Source: Candidatus Calditenuaceae archaeon
Lineage (GTDB): Archaea; Thermoproteota; Nitrososphaeria_A; Caldarchaeales; Calditenuaceae
Direction: 5' to 3'
NCBI GenBank assembly: GCA_025059595.1
Contig: JANXDI010000015.1
Coordinates: forward strand, 25,872-89,871
Length of the DNA: 64,000 bases
Part shown: positions 19,244 through 28,550 of the stretch, in pieces
How the letters are laid out: each line of letters starts with the position of its first letter
Position numbering within the stretch: the first letter of the stretch is position 1
Notes under the pieces: generated by a model
The model's database searches: none
Seen by the model: the letters and a program-made list of their open reading frames with translations, nothing else
What the model was told of the DNA's origin: nothing
Position numbers and translations under genes: made by a program

Positions 19244-19657
19244 TTACTGGGATTGATTTAAGCGTTGACCTGTGCCTTTTTCTTTTTCTAACTTTAAAAA
19301 AACGAGGCCGCGACTGGCAAGCATCTGAAGGTAGCGGAGCAGACTGATCTCCGCCTCCTCTCGAGTCATCTTGAAACTCTTCACAAGCAAATCAGCTATG
19401 TCTCCAACGCTTCTTTCACCGTCTATCTTCTCCCAGACAAACCCCCCGACCCTATCGAGAACGTATGTCCGGAATTCGGGCAAAGGCAGCAGTCGCTGGA
19501 GCACGCCTCGTGGCTGCGGCATCTTCAGCTTCACTGTCAATTCACCTGATGAATCCTGCATGGTCTCTGCGCTGGGGTTCTTGAGGGGTATCATTCTGAG
19601 GGCCTCCTCGAGACTGATTGCGGGGCCCCGTGGCACGCGTCTCCTGAAAAACCTCAA
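19244..19657 (-). CDS. PqqD-family / RiPP recognition element (RRE) protein
   Basis: 'YVLDRVGGFVWEKIDGERSVGDIADLL...F......E..LLRYLQMLASRGLV' matches the PqqD consensus. Confidence 0.85.
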   Translation of the reverse strand: MRFFRRRVPRGPAISLEEALRMIPLKNPSAETMQDSSGELTVKLKMPQPRGVLQRLLPLPEFRTYVLDRVGGFVWEKIDGERSVGDIADLLVKSFKMTREEAEISLLRYLQMLASRGLVFLKLEKEKGTGQRLNQSQ

Positions 19658-19735
19658 ACCCTTCCACCAGTCAAAGTGTTGTATTGGAGATTTTAAAATT
19701 ACTTTCCACGGCGATAAGAGTTATAAGTTGCAACG

Positions 19736-21139
19736 ATGGGTAAAATCGTAATGTCGCGGAAAGTGGTTCTTGGTGACGATGAGCTACCAACAGAGTGGTA
19801 TAATATTCTGCCGGACCTCCCTAAGCCTCTTCCACCACCCATAGACCCGACTACCAAGGCTCCAGGACCCGGCATCCTGCCGCGGCTCTTCACTAAGGAG
19901 CAGTTGAGCCAGGAGATGAGTGGTGAAAGGTGGATTAGAATTCCTGACGAGGTTAGAGATGCGTATAGGCTTTGGAGGCCGACTCCGCTTATTCGCGCTG
20001 TGAGGCTTGAGAGAGCTCTTAAGACGCCGGCAAAAATATATTACAAGTTTGAGGGCGTCTCGCCTCCTGGCTCACATAAGCCGAACACGGCGGTAGCTCA
20101 GGCCTACTATTACATGAAAGAGGGTGTCGAGAGGGTTACGACGGAGACTGGTGCGGGGCAGTGGGGTAGCGCTCTCGCCTTCGCCTGCATGCTCTTTGGT
20201 CTTAAGGCTACGGTTTACATGGTTAGAGCAAGTTACGACCAGAAGCCTTACCGCAGAATTTTGATGCAGGCGTGGGGGGCGGAGATTTTGCCTAGTCCCA
20301 GCGATAGGACTGAGTTTGGGAGAAAGATTCTGGCGTCTGACCCTAAAAACCCTGGCAGCCTTGGTATAGCAATTAGCGAGGCAATAGAGGACTCTCTGAG
20401 CCATGACAACGTGAAATACAGCATAGGCAGCGTGGCGAATCACGTCTTGCTCCACCAGACCGTTCAGGGGCTAGAGGCCAAGAAGCAGTTGGAGCAGCTG
20501 GACGAATATCCGGACATAGTTGCAGGCTGTGTGGGCGGCGGGAGTAGCTTCTCCGGCCTCTTCTGGCCCTTCTACTATGACAAGGTCACAAAGAAGGCGC
20601 CGAAAAATGTAAAGTTTGTGGGTACGGAGCCGACGGCCTGCCCCACCATGACTAAGGGGATTTACACATATGACTTCGGAGACACAGCGAGACTGACTCC
20701 CATGTTACCCATGTATACGCTAGGCTCCGACTTCATTCCCCCGCCAATTCACGCAGGTGGTCTGAGGTATCACGGCGACGCACCGACCCTCTGCCTCCTC
20801 TTAAAGGAGGGATACATTGAGCCGAGAGCGTATAATCAGGTCGAGGTCTTCGAGGCCGCTACAATCTTCGCCCGGACCGAGGGGCTCCTGCCTGCTCCGG
20901 AGCCGAGCCACACGATAAAATTCGTAATCGACGAAGCCCTCAAATGTAAGAGGACTGGTGAGGAGAAGGTTATTCTGTTCAACCTCTGCGGCCACGGGTT
21001 CTTCGACCTCCAAGCGTATCAGGAATTCTTCGAAGGGAGACTCCAGCCATGGGAATATCCTGAAGCCGAGGTCAAGAAATCCATCGATCGCCTCTTATCA
21101 GAATATCCATGGGTGAAGGACCTACCATATCTCAAGTAG
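19736..21139 (+). CDS. trpB2: Tryptophan synthase beta chain 2 (TrpB2)
   Basis: GSHKPNTA (PLP Lys), [30 protein letters not shown]; stand-alone with no trpA. Confidence 0.95.
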   Translation: MGKIVMSRKVVLGDDELPTEWYNILPDLPKPLPPPIDPTTKAPGPGILPRLFTKEQLSQEMSGERWIRIPDEVRDAYRLWRPTPLIRAVRLERALKTPAKIYYKFEGVSPPGSHKPNTAVAQAYYYMKEGVERVTTETGAGQWGSALAFACMLFGLKATVYMVRASYDQKPYRRILMQAWGAEILPSPSDRTEFGRKILASDPKNPGSLGIAISEAIEDSLSHDNVKYSIGSVANHVLLHQTVQGLEAKKQLEQLDEYPDIVAGCVGGGSSFSGLFWPFYYDKVTKKAPKNVKFVGTEPTACPTMTKGIYTYDFGDTARLTPMLPMYTLGSDFIPPPIHAGGLRYHGDAPTLCLLLKEGYIEPRAYNQVEVFEAATIFARTEGLLPAPEPSHTIKFVIDEALKCKRTGEEKVILFNLCGHGFFDLQAYQEFFEGRLQPWEYPEAEVKKSIDRLLSEYPWVKDLPYLK

Positions 21140-21196
21140 CGTCATATAGCCTATGAGAGATTTAATAATTAGACCCGGGACCCAGTTATCTAGGAA

Positions 21197-21358
21197 TTGG
21201 TCCTAACGGACACGTTTTTGATTCAGCTGGCCCAGAGGAGGAGGCTCCATTATAAAATCTGCAGAAGATGCGGTGCTAGAAATCCTCCTGACGCTGAAAA
21301 ATGCAGGAAATGCAGGAGCCTTAATCTAAGGTGGAAGAAGAGAGAACTCAAGAGATAA
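21197..21358 (+). CDS. rpl40e: 50S ribosomal protein L40e (53 aa, not in ORF track)
   Basis: TTG start after AGGA; translation MVLTDTFLIQLAQRRRLHYKICRRCGARNPPDAEKCRKCRSLNLRWKKRELKR. Confidence 0.93.
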   Translation: MVLTDTFLIQLAQRRRLHYKICRRCGARNPPDAEKCRKCRSLNLRWKKRELKR

Positions 21359-21389
21359 TACTTACAGGAATCCTCGTGTCTGGTTTAGT

Positions 21390-22175
21390 TCACTCCTTCT
21401 CCTTCACTTTAAGGTGGGTTGTCTTGAGAGGTATTGAGGAGAAGGCTGGGTGTATTTCGACTGAGAGGTCTCTCTTATCCGGTGGAGCGGCGATTACCCA
21501 TGCGTATTTGATTCCGCTTGGAGATGTCCCTACATTCGGATGATACCCCTTCTCTATCAAGACTACGTCACCGTCTCTGACGAGGTAAGCATCCTCCCCC
21601 CATTCATCCATCAAGAGCTGGACGCCGAAGCCAGGTGACATGCCGTAAAAGATGTAGGCCTCCGGCTTACCGTCGTGCCTATGCGGGGGATAGCTTGTCC
21701 AAGAGCCTCCGACCCCCTCCGTGTATCCCGCCAAGAACCGGTCCACGGGGTCGTCTACACCTATCATGAGGTAAATGTGCCTGGCATAGCAGTCTTGGCC
21801 GGACTCGATTTTCTCCGAGTCGCCGAGCCGCTTGATGAACTGGCTCCGCTGATTGACTCCTTTTGCCTCAGCGACGTAAATGCTGGCTTCGCCTTCCACT
21901 TCCACCCTCAACGGTGCTCCGGAGGGCGAGTAGAGCATGTCCCTAACACCTAGTCTCTCTCCATTCACGTTTGCCTCGCCGTCGGTTGAGAAGATTAGCC
22001 GCTCGCATTCACAGGCACTCATCTCGAAGCTTCCCCGCTCCTTAGCTCTAAAGCGGTAAAGGGAGAAGTCACCTGTCTTGAATAGCCTCTCAAGGCGGCC
22101 GTACACAGCTTCAGACCTTATCAAAGCTCCCCTCAAACCTGAGAACGCACCGGCCAGCTTATTTTGGAGATTCAC
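21390..22175 (-). CDS. iolB: 5-deoxy-glucuronate isomerase (KduI/IolB family)
   Basis: 'GSWTSYPPHRHD..E.Y', 'VRDGDVVLIEKGYHP'. Confidence 0.85.
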   Translation of the reverse strand: MNLQNKLAGAFSGLRGALIRSEAVYGRLERLFKTGDFSLYRFRAKERGSFEMSACECERLIFSTDGEANVNGERLGVRDMLYSPSGAPLRVEVEGEASIYVAEAKGVNQRSQFIKRLGDSEKIESGQDCYARHIYLMIGVDDPVDRFLAGYTEGVGGSWTSYPPHRHDGKPEAYIFYGMSPGFGVQLLMDEWGEDAYLVRDGDVVLIEKGYHPNVGTSPSGIKYAWVIAAPPDKRDLSVEIHPAFSSIPLKTTHLKVKEKE

Positions 22176-23172
22176 GCCCCGTTATCTCGTCAATCCTCTT
22201 CAGGTCGTCTGAACTGAGCTTAACGTCGACGGCGGCCAGATTCTCCTCAAGCTGCTCGGGCCTCGTGGAGCCTATGATTGGCGCGGTTACCTCGGGCCGG
22301 TGTAGCAGCCAAGCGAGGCTGAGTTGAGATAATGTTATTCCCTTCTCCTTCACCATCAGCGCGAGCTCTTCCACGATCTTGAGGTTCCTCTCGGTGAGAA
22401 GAGGATTTACTGTTGGGCTGTAGGTTGACCTCGCATCCCGCCCTACTCCCCCCAAATACCTACCCGCCAAGAGCCCCTGGGCAAGAGGCGAATAGCATAT
22501 CACGCCAAGACCTGTCTGCCGAACTAATGGAAAGAGCTTCTCCTCGGCGTCGCGCTGGAGGAGGTTGTAAAGCGGCTGGACGCTCACAAACTTCACGAGA
22601 CCTAACCTCTCAGACACCGCGAGGGCTTGGGATATCTGCCAAGCTTCAAAGTTTGAGCACCCGACGTAGTGGACGAGGCCAGAGTTTACGAGGTCGTCGA
22701 ACGTCCTCATGGTTTCCTCGAGAGGAGCCGAATTATCGTATCCATGTGCCTGATAAAGGTCGATGTAGCTGGTCTGAAGTCTTGAGAGGCTGTCTTTCAC
22801 CGACTTCATTATGTGCTTCCTCGATAAACCTTCATCATTAGGGCCTGTTCCCATCGGAAATCTGACCTTCGTGGCGATGACCAGAGACTCCCGGTCGACA
22901 GTCTGAAGAAACCTTCCCAAGAGCCTCTCAGCGTAGCCGACATGCGTCACAGGCACCGGAGCTATCGCACCATGATAACGGTTCGCGGTATCAATTGTGT
23001 TTATCCCCATGTCAACCGCCTTTCTCCAAAGCCTTATTGTCGCTTCTTCGTTGATTTTTCTGACCCCATAAGAGTCCACTTCTGGGAGAGTTGGGAGATA
23101 CCATGTTCCAAGAATAAGGCATGAGACTTTTAGCCCGCTATTTCCAAGCCTCCTATACTGGATAGGCATCAC
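22159..23172 (-). CDS. Aldo/keto reductase
   Basis: 'LGNSGLKVS', 'DTANRY', 'IATKV', 'YIDLYQAH', 'YSPLAQG'. Confidence 0.92.
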   Translation of the reverse strand: MMPIQYRRLGNSGLKVSCLILGTWYLPTLPEVDSYGVRKINEEATIRLWRKAVDMGINTIDTANRYHGAIAPVPVTHVGYAERLLGRFLQTVDRESLVIATKVRFPMGTGPNDEGLSRKHIMKSVKDSLSRLQTSYIDLYQAHGYDNSAPLEETMRTFDDLVNSGLVHYVGCSNFEAWQISQALAVSERLGLVKFVSVQPLYNLLQRDAEEKLFPLVRQTGLGVICYSPLAQGLLAGRYLGGVGRDARSTYSPTVNPLLTERNLKIVEELALMVKEKGITLSQLSLAWLLHRPEVTAPIIGSTRPEQLEENLAAVDVKLSSDDLKRIDEITGRESPK

Positions 23173-23882
23173 GCGCCACCTAGCCCAAGATACATGCGCC
23201 CAAGCTCCTTATTATTGAGGAGCTCAGACGGGTCGCCCTCAAACAACACTCGGCCACCGACCAGCAGAACCGCGTGGTCTGAGAGCTGGAGAGCCTTAAT
23301 CACGCTCTGCTCAGCTATTAAAAGCGTAAACCCGTGCTCATCCCTCAGCCTCCTCACAACATCAAACACTGTGTTGACCATTTTTGGAGCCAGATTTGCC
23401 GTAGGCTCGTCAAGCATGATGACCTGCGGCCTCCTCATAAGGGCCATGCCTATCGAGAGCATCTGCCTCTCCCCCCCACTCAGGCTAGAAGCCTTCCTTC
23501 CGAGCATCTCTCGGAGAAATGGGAAGAGCTGGAAGACTTCTTCGGTCCTCTCCCTCCTCTCCTCCTCAGAGAGCATGTACCCACTCATAATCAGGTTTTC
23601 TCTCACGGTGAGGCCCGTGAACAGGTTGTTGAGCTGGGGGAGATAAGCTATGCCCAAACGCGCTATCTCGTGAGGGGGCTTTCCAGCAATCTCGACGCCA
23701 TTGAACCTGATGGACCCCTCAATAATGTTGGTCTGACCGAAAATTGTCTTGAGCAGCGTGCTTTTTCCACTTCCGTTGGGCCCCAGTATCGCTGTTATCC
23801 GCCCCTTCTTAGCGCTCATCGAGACTCCAAAGAGTATCTGCAATTTGCCATATCCGGCGTCGACATTCTTAACGGAAATCAA
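23169..23882 (-). CDS. livF: Branched-chain amino acid ABC transporter ATPase (LivF-like)
   Basis: GPNGSGKS, LSGGERQM, LDEPTANL. Confidence 0.85.
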   Translation of the reverse strand: MISVKNVDAGYGKLQILFGVSMSAKKGRITAILGPNGSGKSTLLKTIFGQTNIIEGSIRFNGVEIAGKPPHEIARLGIAYLPQLNNLFTGLTVRENLIMSGYMLSEEERRERTEEVFQLFPFLREMLGRKASSLSGGERQMLSIGMALMRRPQVIMLDEPTANLAPKMVNTVFDVVRRLRDEHGFTLLIAEQSVIKALQLSDHAVLLVGGRVLFEGDPSELLNNKELGRMYLGLGGA

Positions 23883-24649
23883 GCTAGCTTCTCACCGAGA
23901 TAACTCTCAACCACGTCTGGAATCGAGAGGACGTGTTCAGGAGACCCATCAGCTATGAGCCTCCCGTTGAACATTGCGAGAACCCTGTCTGCATGCTTTA
24001 TAGCCAAGTCCAGCCTATGCTCAACGAGAAGCGTCGCCAGCCTGAGCTCATAGACGGAGCTTCGAATGTGTGATAGGACGGACTCTGCTATGACCGGGTT
24101 AAGCCCGGCGGTGGGCTCGTCCATTAAAATGACCTTAGCACCGCTCATGATTACCCTCCCCAGCTCGAGGAGCTTCATCTGGCCGCCACTAAGCTTCCCC
24201 GCGGGCTGGTCTTTAAGCTTGTCAAGCCCAACGAGTTCCATGATATGAAGGGCCCTCTCGGTAAGCGCAAGCTCCTCTCTTATCCAACGCCGTCTGAAGG
24301 GCGCGTATCTTATCTTCTCCCCAACCATCATCCCAGCGGCTATCAATAAGTTGTCTAAAACTGTTAGGCTTGGGAAGATTCTCGCGGTCTGAAAAGTTCT
24401 GATTATTCCGATACCGAAACGCTCGTGAGGCTTCAGATGCGTGATGTCCTCGCCGTTCATCAATATCTTCCCTTCGTCTGGGTAGTAATAGCCTGCAATC
24501 AGGTTAATCAGAGTACTCTTTCCGCTACCGTTAGGGCCTATTAGAAGCGAGAAGACACCCTCATTAAGCGAGAGGTAAACGCCCTCGACGGCGCGAATGC
24601 CGCCGAACCTCTTCTCCAAACCTAGGCATTTCACTAGCCCATCGTCCAA
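23879..24649 (-). CDS. livG: Branched-chain amino acid ABC transporter ATPase (LivG-like)
   Basis: 'KRFGG', GPNGSGKS, 'RTFQ', LSGGQMKL, DEPTAG. TTG at 24649 preferred; the track start overlaps the upstream gene. Confidence 0.85.
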   Translation of the reverse strand: MDDGLVKCLGLEKRFGGIRAVEGVYLSLNEGVFSLLIGPNGSGKSTLINLIAGYYYPDEGKILMNGEDITHLKPHERFGIGIIRTFQTARIFPSLTVLDNLLIAAGMMVGEKIRYAPFRRRWIREELALTERALHIMELVGLDKLKDQPAGKLSGGQMKLLELGRVIMSGAKVILMDEPTAGLNPVIAESVLSHIRSSVYELRLATLLVEHRLDLAIKHADRVLAMFNGRLIADGSPEHVLSIPDVVESYLGEKLA

Positions 24650-24680
24650 ACCCTTAAAAAATCTTGAAATATTTCCGAAT

Positions 24681-26144
24681 TTAAGTGTATTTCCCTCTGT
24701 ACTCGGCTGCCCATTCAACACTGTCTGTTGAAGCCCTGTAGGTGCCCACGACCCTCCACTCGAGCTTGTCGCCAACCTTTTCGATAGCCCAGACGTCGTA
24801 GTCACCACCTACCCTGTCACCGCTCTCGTTAAGAATTGCCCAACCCGAGGCCCCGAAATATTGGCTACTTACGCTAGGCAACACAGCCTTGACGGCCGTC
24901 GTGTCGTACTTGTCAGCCGTGATAATTGACAGGACAATTATCCATAGGATGTCATACATGGTGTAGGTGTATGTCTCCGGTTCCCTTCCATATACCTGTC
25001 TTACATGGTTTCTAACGCGGTCGAATATGTCGCTTGTGGTCGCCGCGAATATCGTGTGTAAGAATTTTGTGTCGACGTTGAACTGGGCGGCTGCAGGGTC
25101 GTTCTGAATGTCTCCTGAGCCGGCGGTGCCGTCGCTTCCAAACCATCTCACGGACCTCAGCACGTCACGCTTCGCTGCCTCCTGCAGAATCAACACGCCC
25201 TCCTCAAACGAGATTAAATGGACTGCAACAGCCTCCTTCCCGTGCTTCGCAATCGCGTCCCTAACCTTACTCTCGAGCGTTGCAACTTCCGTGGCGAACT
25301 CCTTCGCGTCAGGGTTATACCTAATCCCCGAGTCAACAGCCCCTCCGAGCCTCTTAAACGCGCTCTCAGTAGCGCTCTTCAGCCCATCGCCGTAAGTATC
25401 GCCCCTCCACATGGGCACGTAGAACTTGATACCCGCGTCCCACATTAGCCGAGCTAAAGCAGGCCCCTGCTTCCTGTCATCTGCGATCAGCCTAAAAACG
25501 TTGTCTCCGGGAACGGCTAGGTCTACAGCCGTAGAAGATTGGCTTACGACTAATATGTTGTTCTCGTCGGCGTATGTCTTTAAGTTCCTAATTTCACGGC
25601 TGCTCAGGGGGCCAGCGACCATCTTGATTCCTCGCGCAGCGAGTGCTTGAAGCTTAGCTAGAGCCTGCTCAGGCTGAGTCGCGGTATCCTCGATCTCCAA
25701 AACAACCCTGAGGTTTGGGTTAACTTTGGACAGCCAGTTGTTTATGTCGTCCCTTGCCAGTTCGAGAGATGCCTTATGGTTCTCCCCGAATGTCCTGAGG
25801 TCGCCTGAGAGGGAGAGCAAAGCTCCGATTCTTATCTCGCCGGTCAGAGTAACTTTCTTGTCAACAAGTGATGCGGGAATGTATGGCAGCCCGTCTCCAA
25901 GTTTAACTACAGCTTGCTCGAGAAGCGGCGGCAAGGGCTTCACGGGTTGAGGCTGCTGAAGCTCCTGCCTCACTGTAGTCGTCAAGACGACGGTCCTCTG
26001 CTGAACGACGGTGGTTGTCAGAGTAGAGGGTGGGCTCAGCGTCGGCGCAGCGAAAATCCCTATAACGCCACCGACAATTAGACCTACAACGAGTAAACCT
26101 ACAGCTGCAACCGTAGATACGGCGTATGTTTTACTCCTGTTCAT
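24681..26144 (-). CDS. Branched-chain amino acid ABC transporter substrate-binding protein (LivK-like), membrane-anchored
   Basis: N-terminal TM, Thr/Val- and Gln/Pro-rich linker, 'IGALLSLSGDL', 'DTYGDGL' type I PBP. Confidence 0.85.
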   Translation of the reverse strand: MNRSKTYAVSTVAAVGLLVVGLIVGGVIGIFAAPTLSPPSTLTTTVVQQRTVVLTTTVRQELQQPQPVKPLPPLLEQAVVKLGDGLPYIPASLVDKKVTLTGEIRIGALLSLSGDLRTFGENHKASLELARDDINNWLSKVNPNLRVVLEIEDTATQPEQALAKLQALAARGIKMVAGPLSSREIRNLKTYADENNILVVSQSSTAVDLAVPGDNVFRLIADDRKQGPALARLMWDAGIKFYVPMWRGDTYGDGLKSATESAFKRLGGAVDSGIRYNPDAKEFATEVATLESKVRDAIAKHGKEAVAVHLISFEEGVLILQEAAKRDVLRSVRWFGSDGTAGSGDIQNDPAAAQFNVDTKFLHTIFAATTSDIFDRVRNHVRQVYGREPETYTYTMYDILWIIVLSIITADKYDTTAVKAVLPSVSSQYFGASGWAILNESGDRVGGDYDVWAIEKVGDKLEWRVVGTYRASTDSVEWAAEYRGKYT

Positions 26145-26216
26145 GGTATGCTATGATAAATAGTTTAGACTATATAAACTTTAAATTGACCGGCCGGCTA
26201 GGTAACGGACAGACTC

Positions 26217-27131
26217 TTGATAGACCCGGCAATAATCAACACTCTGATTTTCTCCGGTATAGCTTCCATGTCGAGCGTCGGCTTAACCCTAACTTACCTT
26301 ACTACACGCGTCCCCAACTTCGCCCACGGGTCCTTCCTCACGGTTGGCGCCTATGTGGCCGTTTACTGGGCCCAGATTCTTAGAAGGAGCCCATACGAGG
26401 TGCTAATTCTGTCTGCACTTCTCGGAGGGTTACTTGCCGTGGCACAGTATAAGATTATCCTAAATCCTTTGAGAAAGAGAGGGGCTTCGTCCACATATCT
26501 GATGATTGCGACACTTACAGTCGCGTTCTTCATATTTGGGGTGATGAGCATATTAGCTGACTATTTCGGCCGAGTCTATAGGGTAAGGACAAACTACATC
26601 TCCCTCAGGTCGTTTGACTTCGTGATAGCTTCAGTCCCGTTTGTGATGTTTCTCGCGATAGCATCAGTCGTCACTTCAACAATCCTCCTTTACATCTTCC
26701 TAAACAAGACGAGGCTTGGTGTTGCGATGAGGGCTTCCATCGAGAACCCAGACTTGGCTCAGGTATTGGGTATAGATATTGAGAGGATGTACCTACTTGC
26801 TTGGTTTATCAGCGGGTCTCTGGGAGGACTCTCTGGCTTGATGTATGCTATGTGGCTTCCTGTGACGACGACTTCAGGGGACGAGTTCCTTCCGACGATA
26901 TTTGCGTCGAGCATTTTGGGTGGGCTTTCCAGCATTTTCGGCTCCCTAGCCGGAGGAGTCTTGGTGGGGGCAGCTAATTCAGTTATTCCGCAGATAATAG
27001 CGGCCATGGGCTTCACAGAGATAATACAGTATCGGCCTGTTATTCCACTACTCATAATGTCCGTGGTCCTCCTAACCATTCCACGGGGACTGACATCCCT
27101 AACGTTTCGGACGGTGAGGCCTAGTAAATGA
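26217..27131 (+). CDS. livH: Branched-chain amino acid ABC permease (LivH-like)
   Basis: 'GLTLTY....VPNFAHG', 'TRLGVAMRA..ENP.LA..LGI'. Confidence 0.88.
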   Translation: MIDPAIINTLIFSGIASMSSVGLTLTYLTTRVPNFAHGSFLTVGAYVAVYWAQILRRSPYEVLILSALLGGLLAVAQYKIILNPLRKRGASSTYLMIATLTVAFFIFGVMSILADYFGRVYRVRTNYISLRSFDFVIASVPFVMFLAIASVVTSTILLYIFLNKTRLGVAMRASIENPDLAQVLGIDIERMYLLAWFISGSLGGLSGLMYAMWLPVTTTSGDEFLPTIFASSILGGLSSIFGSLAGGVLVGAANSVIPQIIAAMGFTEIIQYRPVIPLLIMSVVLLTIPRGLTSLTFRTVRPSK

Positions 27132-28192
27132 TGCCCTCTGACCAGATTGTAAGGTTCATCCTAGACTTGGCCCCCTGGATAGCCGCCTATCTCGTGATAT
27201 CGCTGAGCCTTAACCTTGAATATGGTTTTGGCGGCATACCCAACTTCGGCAAAGTGCTTTGCGTCACGGGAGGTGCTTTCCTTATCGGCGCGCTCCCCGG
27301 TCAGCTCATAGTATCGGCCTACAATCTCGGGCAGGGGCTGAATTATTTCGACAACCACGCGCAGATAATGCCTCGTGTAAATGACTTCTTGTCGCGAGAC
27401 CCTCTTCTCTCAATAGCCCTGCTAATCTTCACGCTCGCTATGGCCATGCTTGTCGGTGGGGGGCTTGGGCTTATCTCGAGCATACCGGCCGTCCGTCTTC
27501 GAGAGGAGTATCTTGCCATGACATTACTTGCCATGGGCGAGATACTCATCCTGATTGGCGACAATTATAAAAACCTCATCGGAGGCACTTTGGGTGTTTT
27601 CGTCCCGAGCTTCCTTGGTTGGATACCTGTCCCGACGAGGAGCTACGTCCTCACTGCCATTCTTGTGGGTATAGCGGTTCTGGTTTTCGTCTTCGTTCAG
27701 CTTTTGACGAGGTCCCCTTATGGCAGGCTTCTAAGGTCCATCAGGGATGATGAGGTACTTGCGCAGGCACTAGGACGAGATATTGTGAGCGTCAAAAGAA
27801 AGACCATAATACTTGCAGGGGCCTTGGCGGGGTTGGCTGGCGCTATGCTAGCGTTGACCACGGGCGCCGTGAATGCCAAGAATTACAGCAGAGCCAACCA
27901 CACATTCATACCTTGGGTGATGGTTCTTGTCGGAGGTGCGGCGAATAATTGGGGGACGGCTCTCGGTGTCATGGTGTTCATGGTCTCGTCAAGGCTTATC
28001 GATGCCTTTAAGCGCGAGTTAGAGCTTTACCTCCCATTCGACGTCGTATGGCTGACTCCGCTACTTCTTAGTACCACGCTTCTGATAGTGATGTTTTTCA
28101 GGCCCGGCGGAATTATCCCGGAGGCCCGGACGCAGACGCTGAAGCCCAAGGAGCTAAAAGAGCTTAAAAAGTCGACCCAGCCTAAAAATTAG
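27128..28192 (+). CDS. livM: Branched-chain amino acid ABC permease (LivM-like)
   Basis: 'LNLEYGFGGIPNFG', 'RLREEYLA', 'SPYGRLLRSIRDDE', 'RPGGIIPE'. Confidence 0.88.
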   Translation: MMPSDQIVRFILDLAPWIAAYLVISLSLNLEYGFGGIPNFGKVLCVTGGAFLIGALPGQLIVSAYNLGQGLNYFDNHAQIMPRVNDFLSRDPLLSIALLIFTLAMAMLVGGGLGLISSIPAVRLREEYLAMTLLAMGEILILIGDNYKNLIGGTLGVFVPSFLGWIPVPTRSYVLTAILVGIAVLVFVFVQLLTRSPYGRLLRSIRDDEVLAQALGRDIVSVKRKTIILAGALAGLAGAMLALTTGAVNAKNYSRANHTFIPWVMVLVGGAANNWGTALGVMVFMVSSRLIDAFKRELELYLPFDVVWLTPLLLSTTLLIVMFFRPGGIIPEARTQTLKPKELKELKKSTQPKN

Positions 28193-28258
28193 CTTATGAA
28201 GAAAGTTACGGCCGTGCTAGTACACTTAATAACAAGGCATCAAAAGGTCGATTAGGAG

Positions 28259-28504
28259 TTGGGGAAGATAAGGACAAGGAAGGTCAAGGTACTTGCCGCG
28301 GAGATATTCGAGAACTACCCAGACCGAGTTAAGCCTGATTATCAGTCTAATAAGACGCTGGTAGAGGAAGTTCTCATAGGGACAGTTTCACAGAGGCTAG
28401 TAAACCAAGTTGCCGGTTACCTCACTACTCTGGTTAAGAGACGTCTTAAGGAGAGCAAAGCACAAGCAGAGGCGGAGGAGCCGGCCGAGGAGGTTAACGC
28501 TTAA
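28259..28504 (+). CDS. rps17e: 30S ribosomal protein S17e
   Basis: 'MGKIRTRKVK', 'DYQSNK', 'LVNQVAGYLT'. Confidence 0.92.
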   Translation: MGKIRTRKVKVLAAEIFENYPDRVKPDYQSNKTLVEEVLIGTVSQRLVNQVAGYLTTLVKRRLKESKAQAEAEEPAEEVNA

Positions 28505-28550
28505 TATTTCCTCGCGGCTCAATTTTTCAGCGGAGGCCTCAGAAACATAA

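Noticed and set aside
18635-19735. Classical RiPP or PQQ biosynthetic cluster around the PqqD gene
   Set aside because: No radical SAM, PqqB/C, YcaO, peptidase or plausible precursor ORF is adjacent, and the flanking intergenic spaces are too short.
28196-28225. C-box-like ATGAAGA followed by AAGTTACGG (complementary to 23S)
   Set aside because: No D or D' boxes at the proper spacing.
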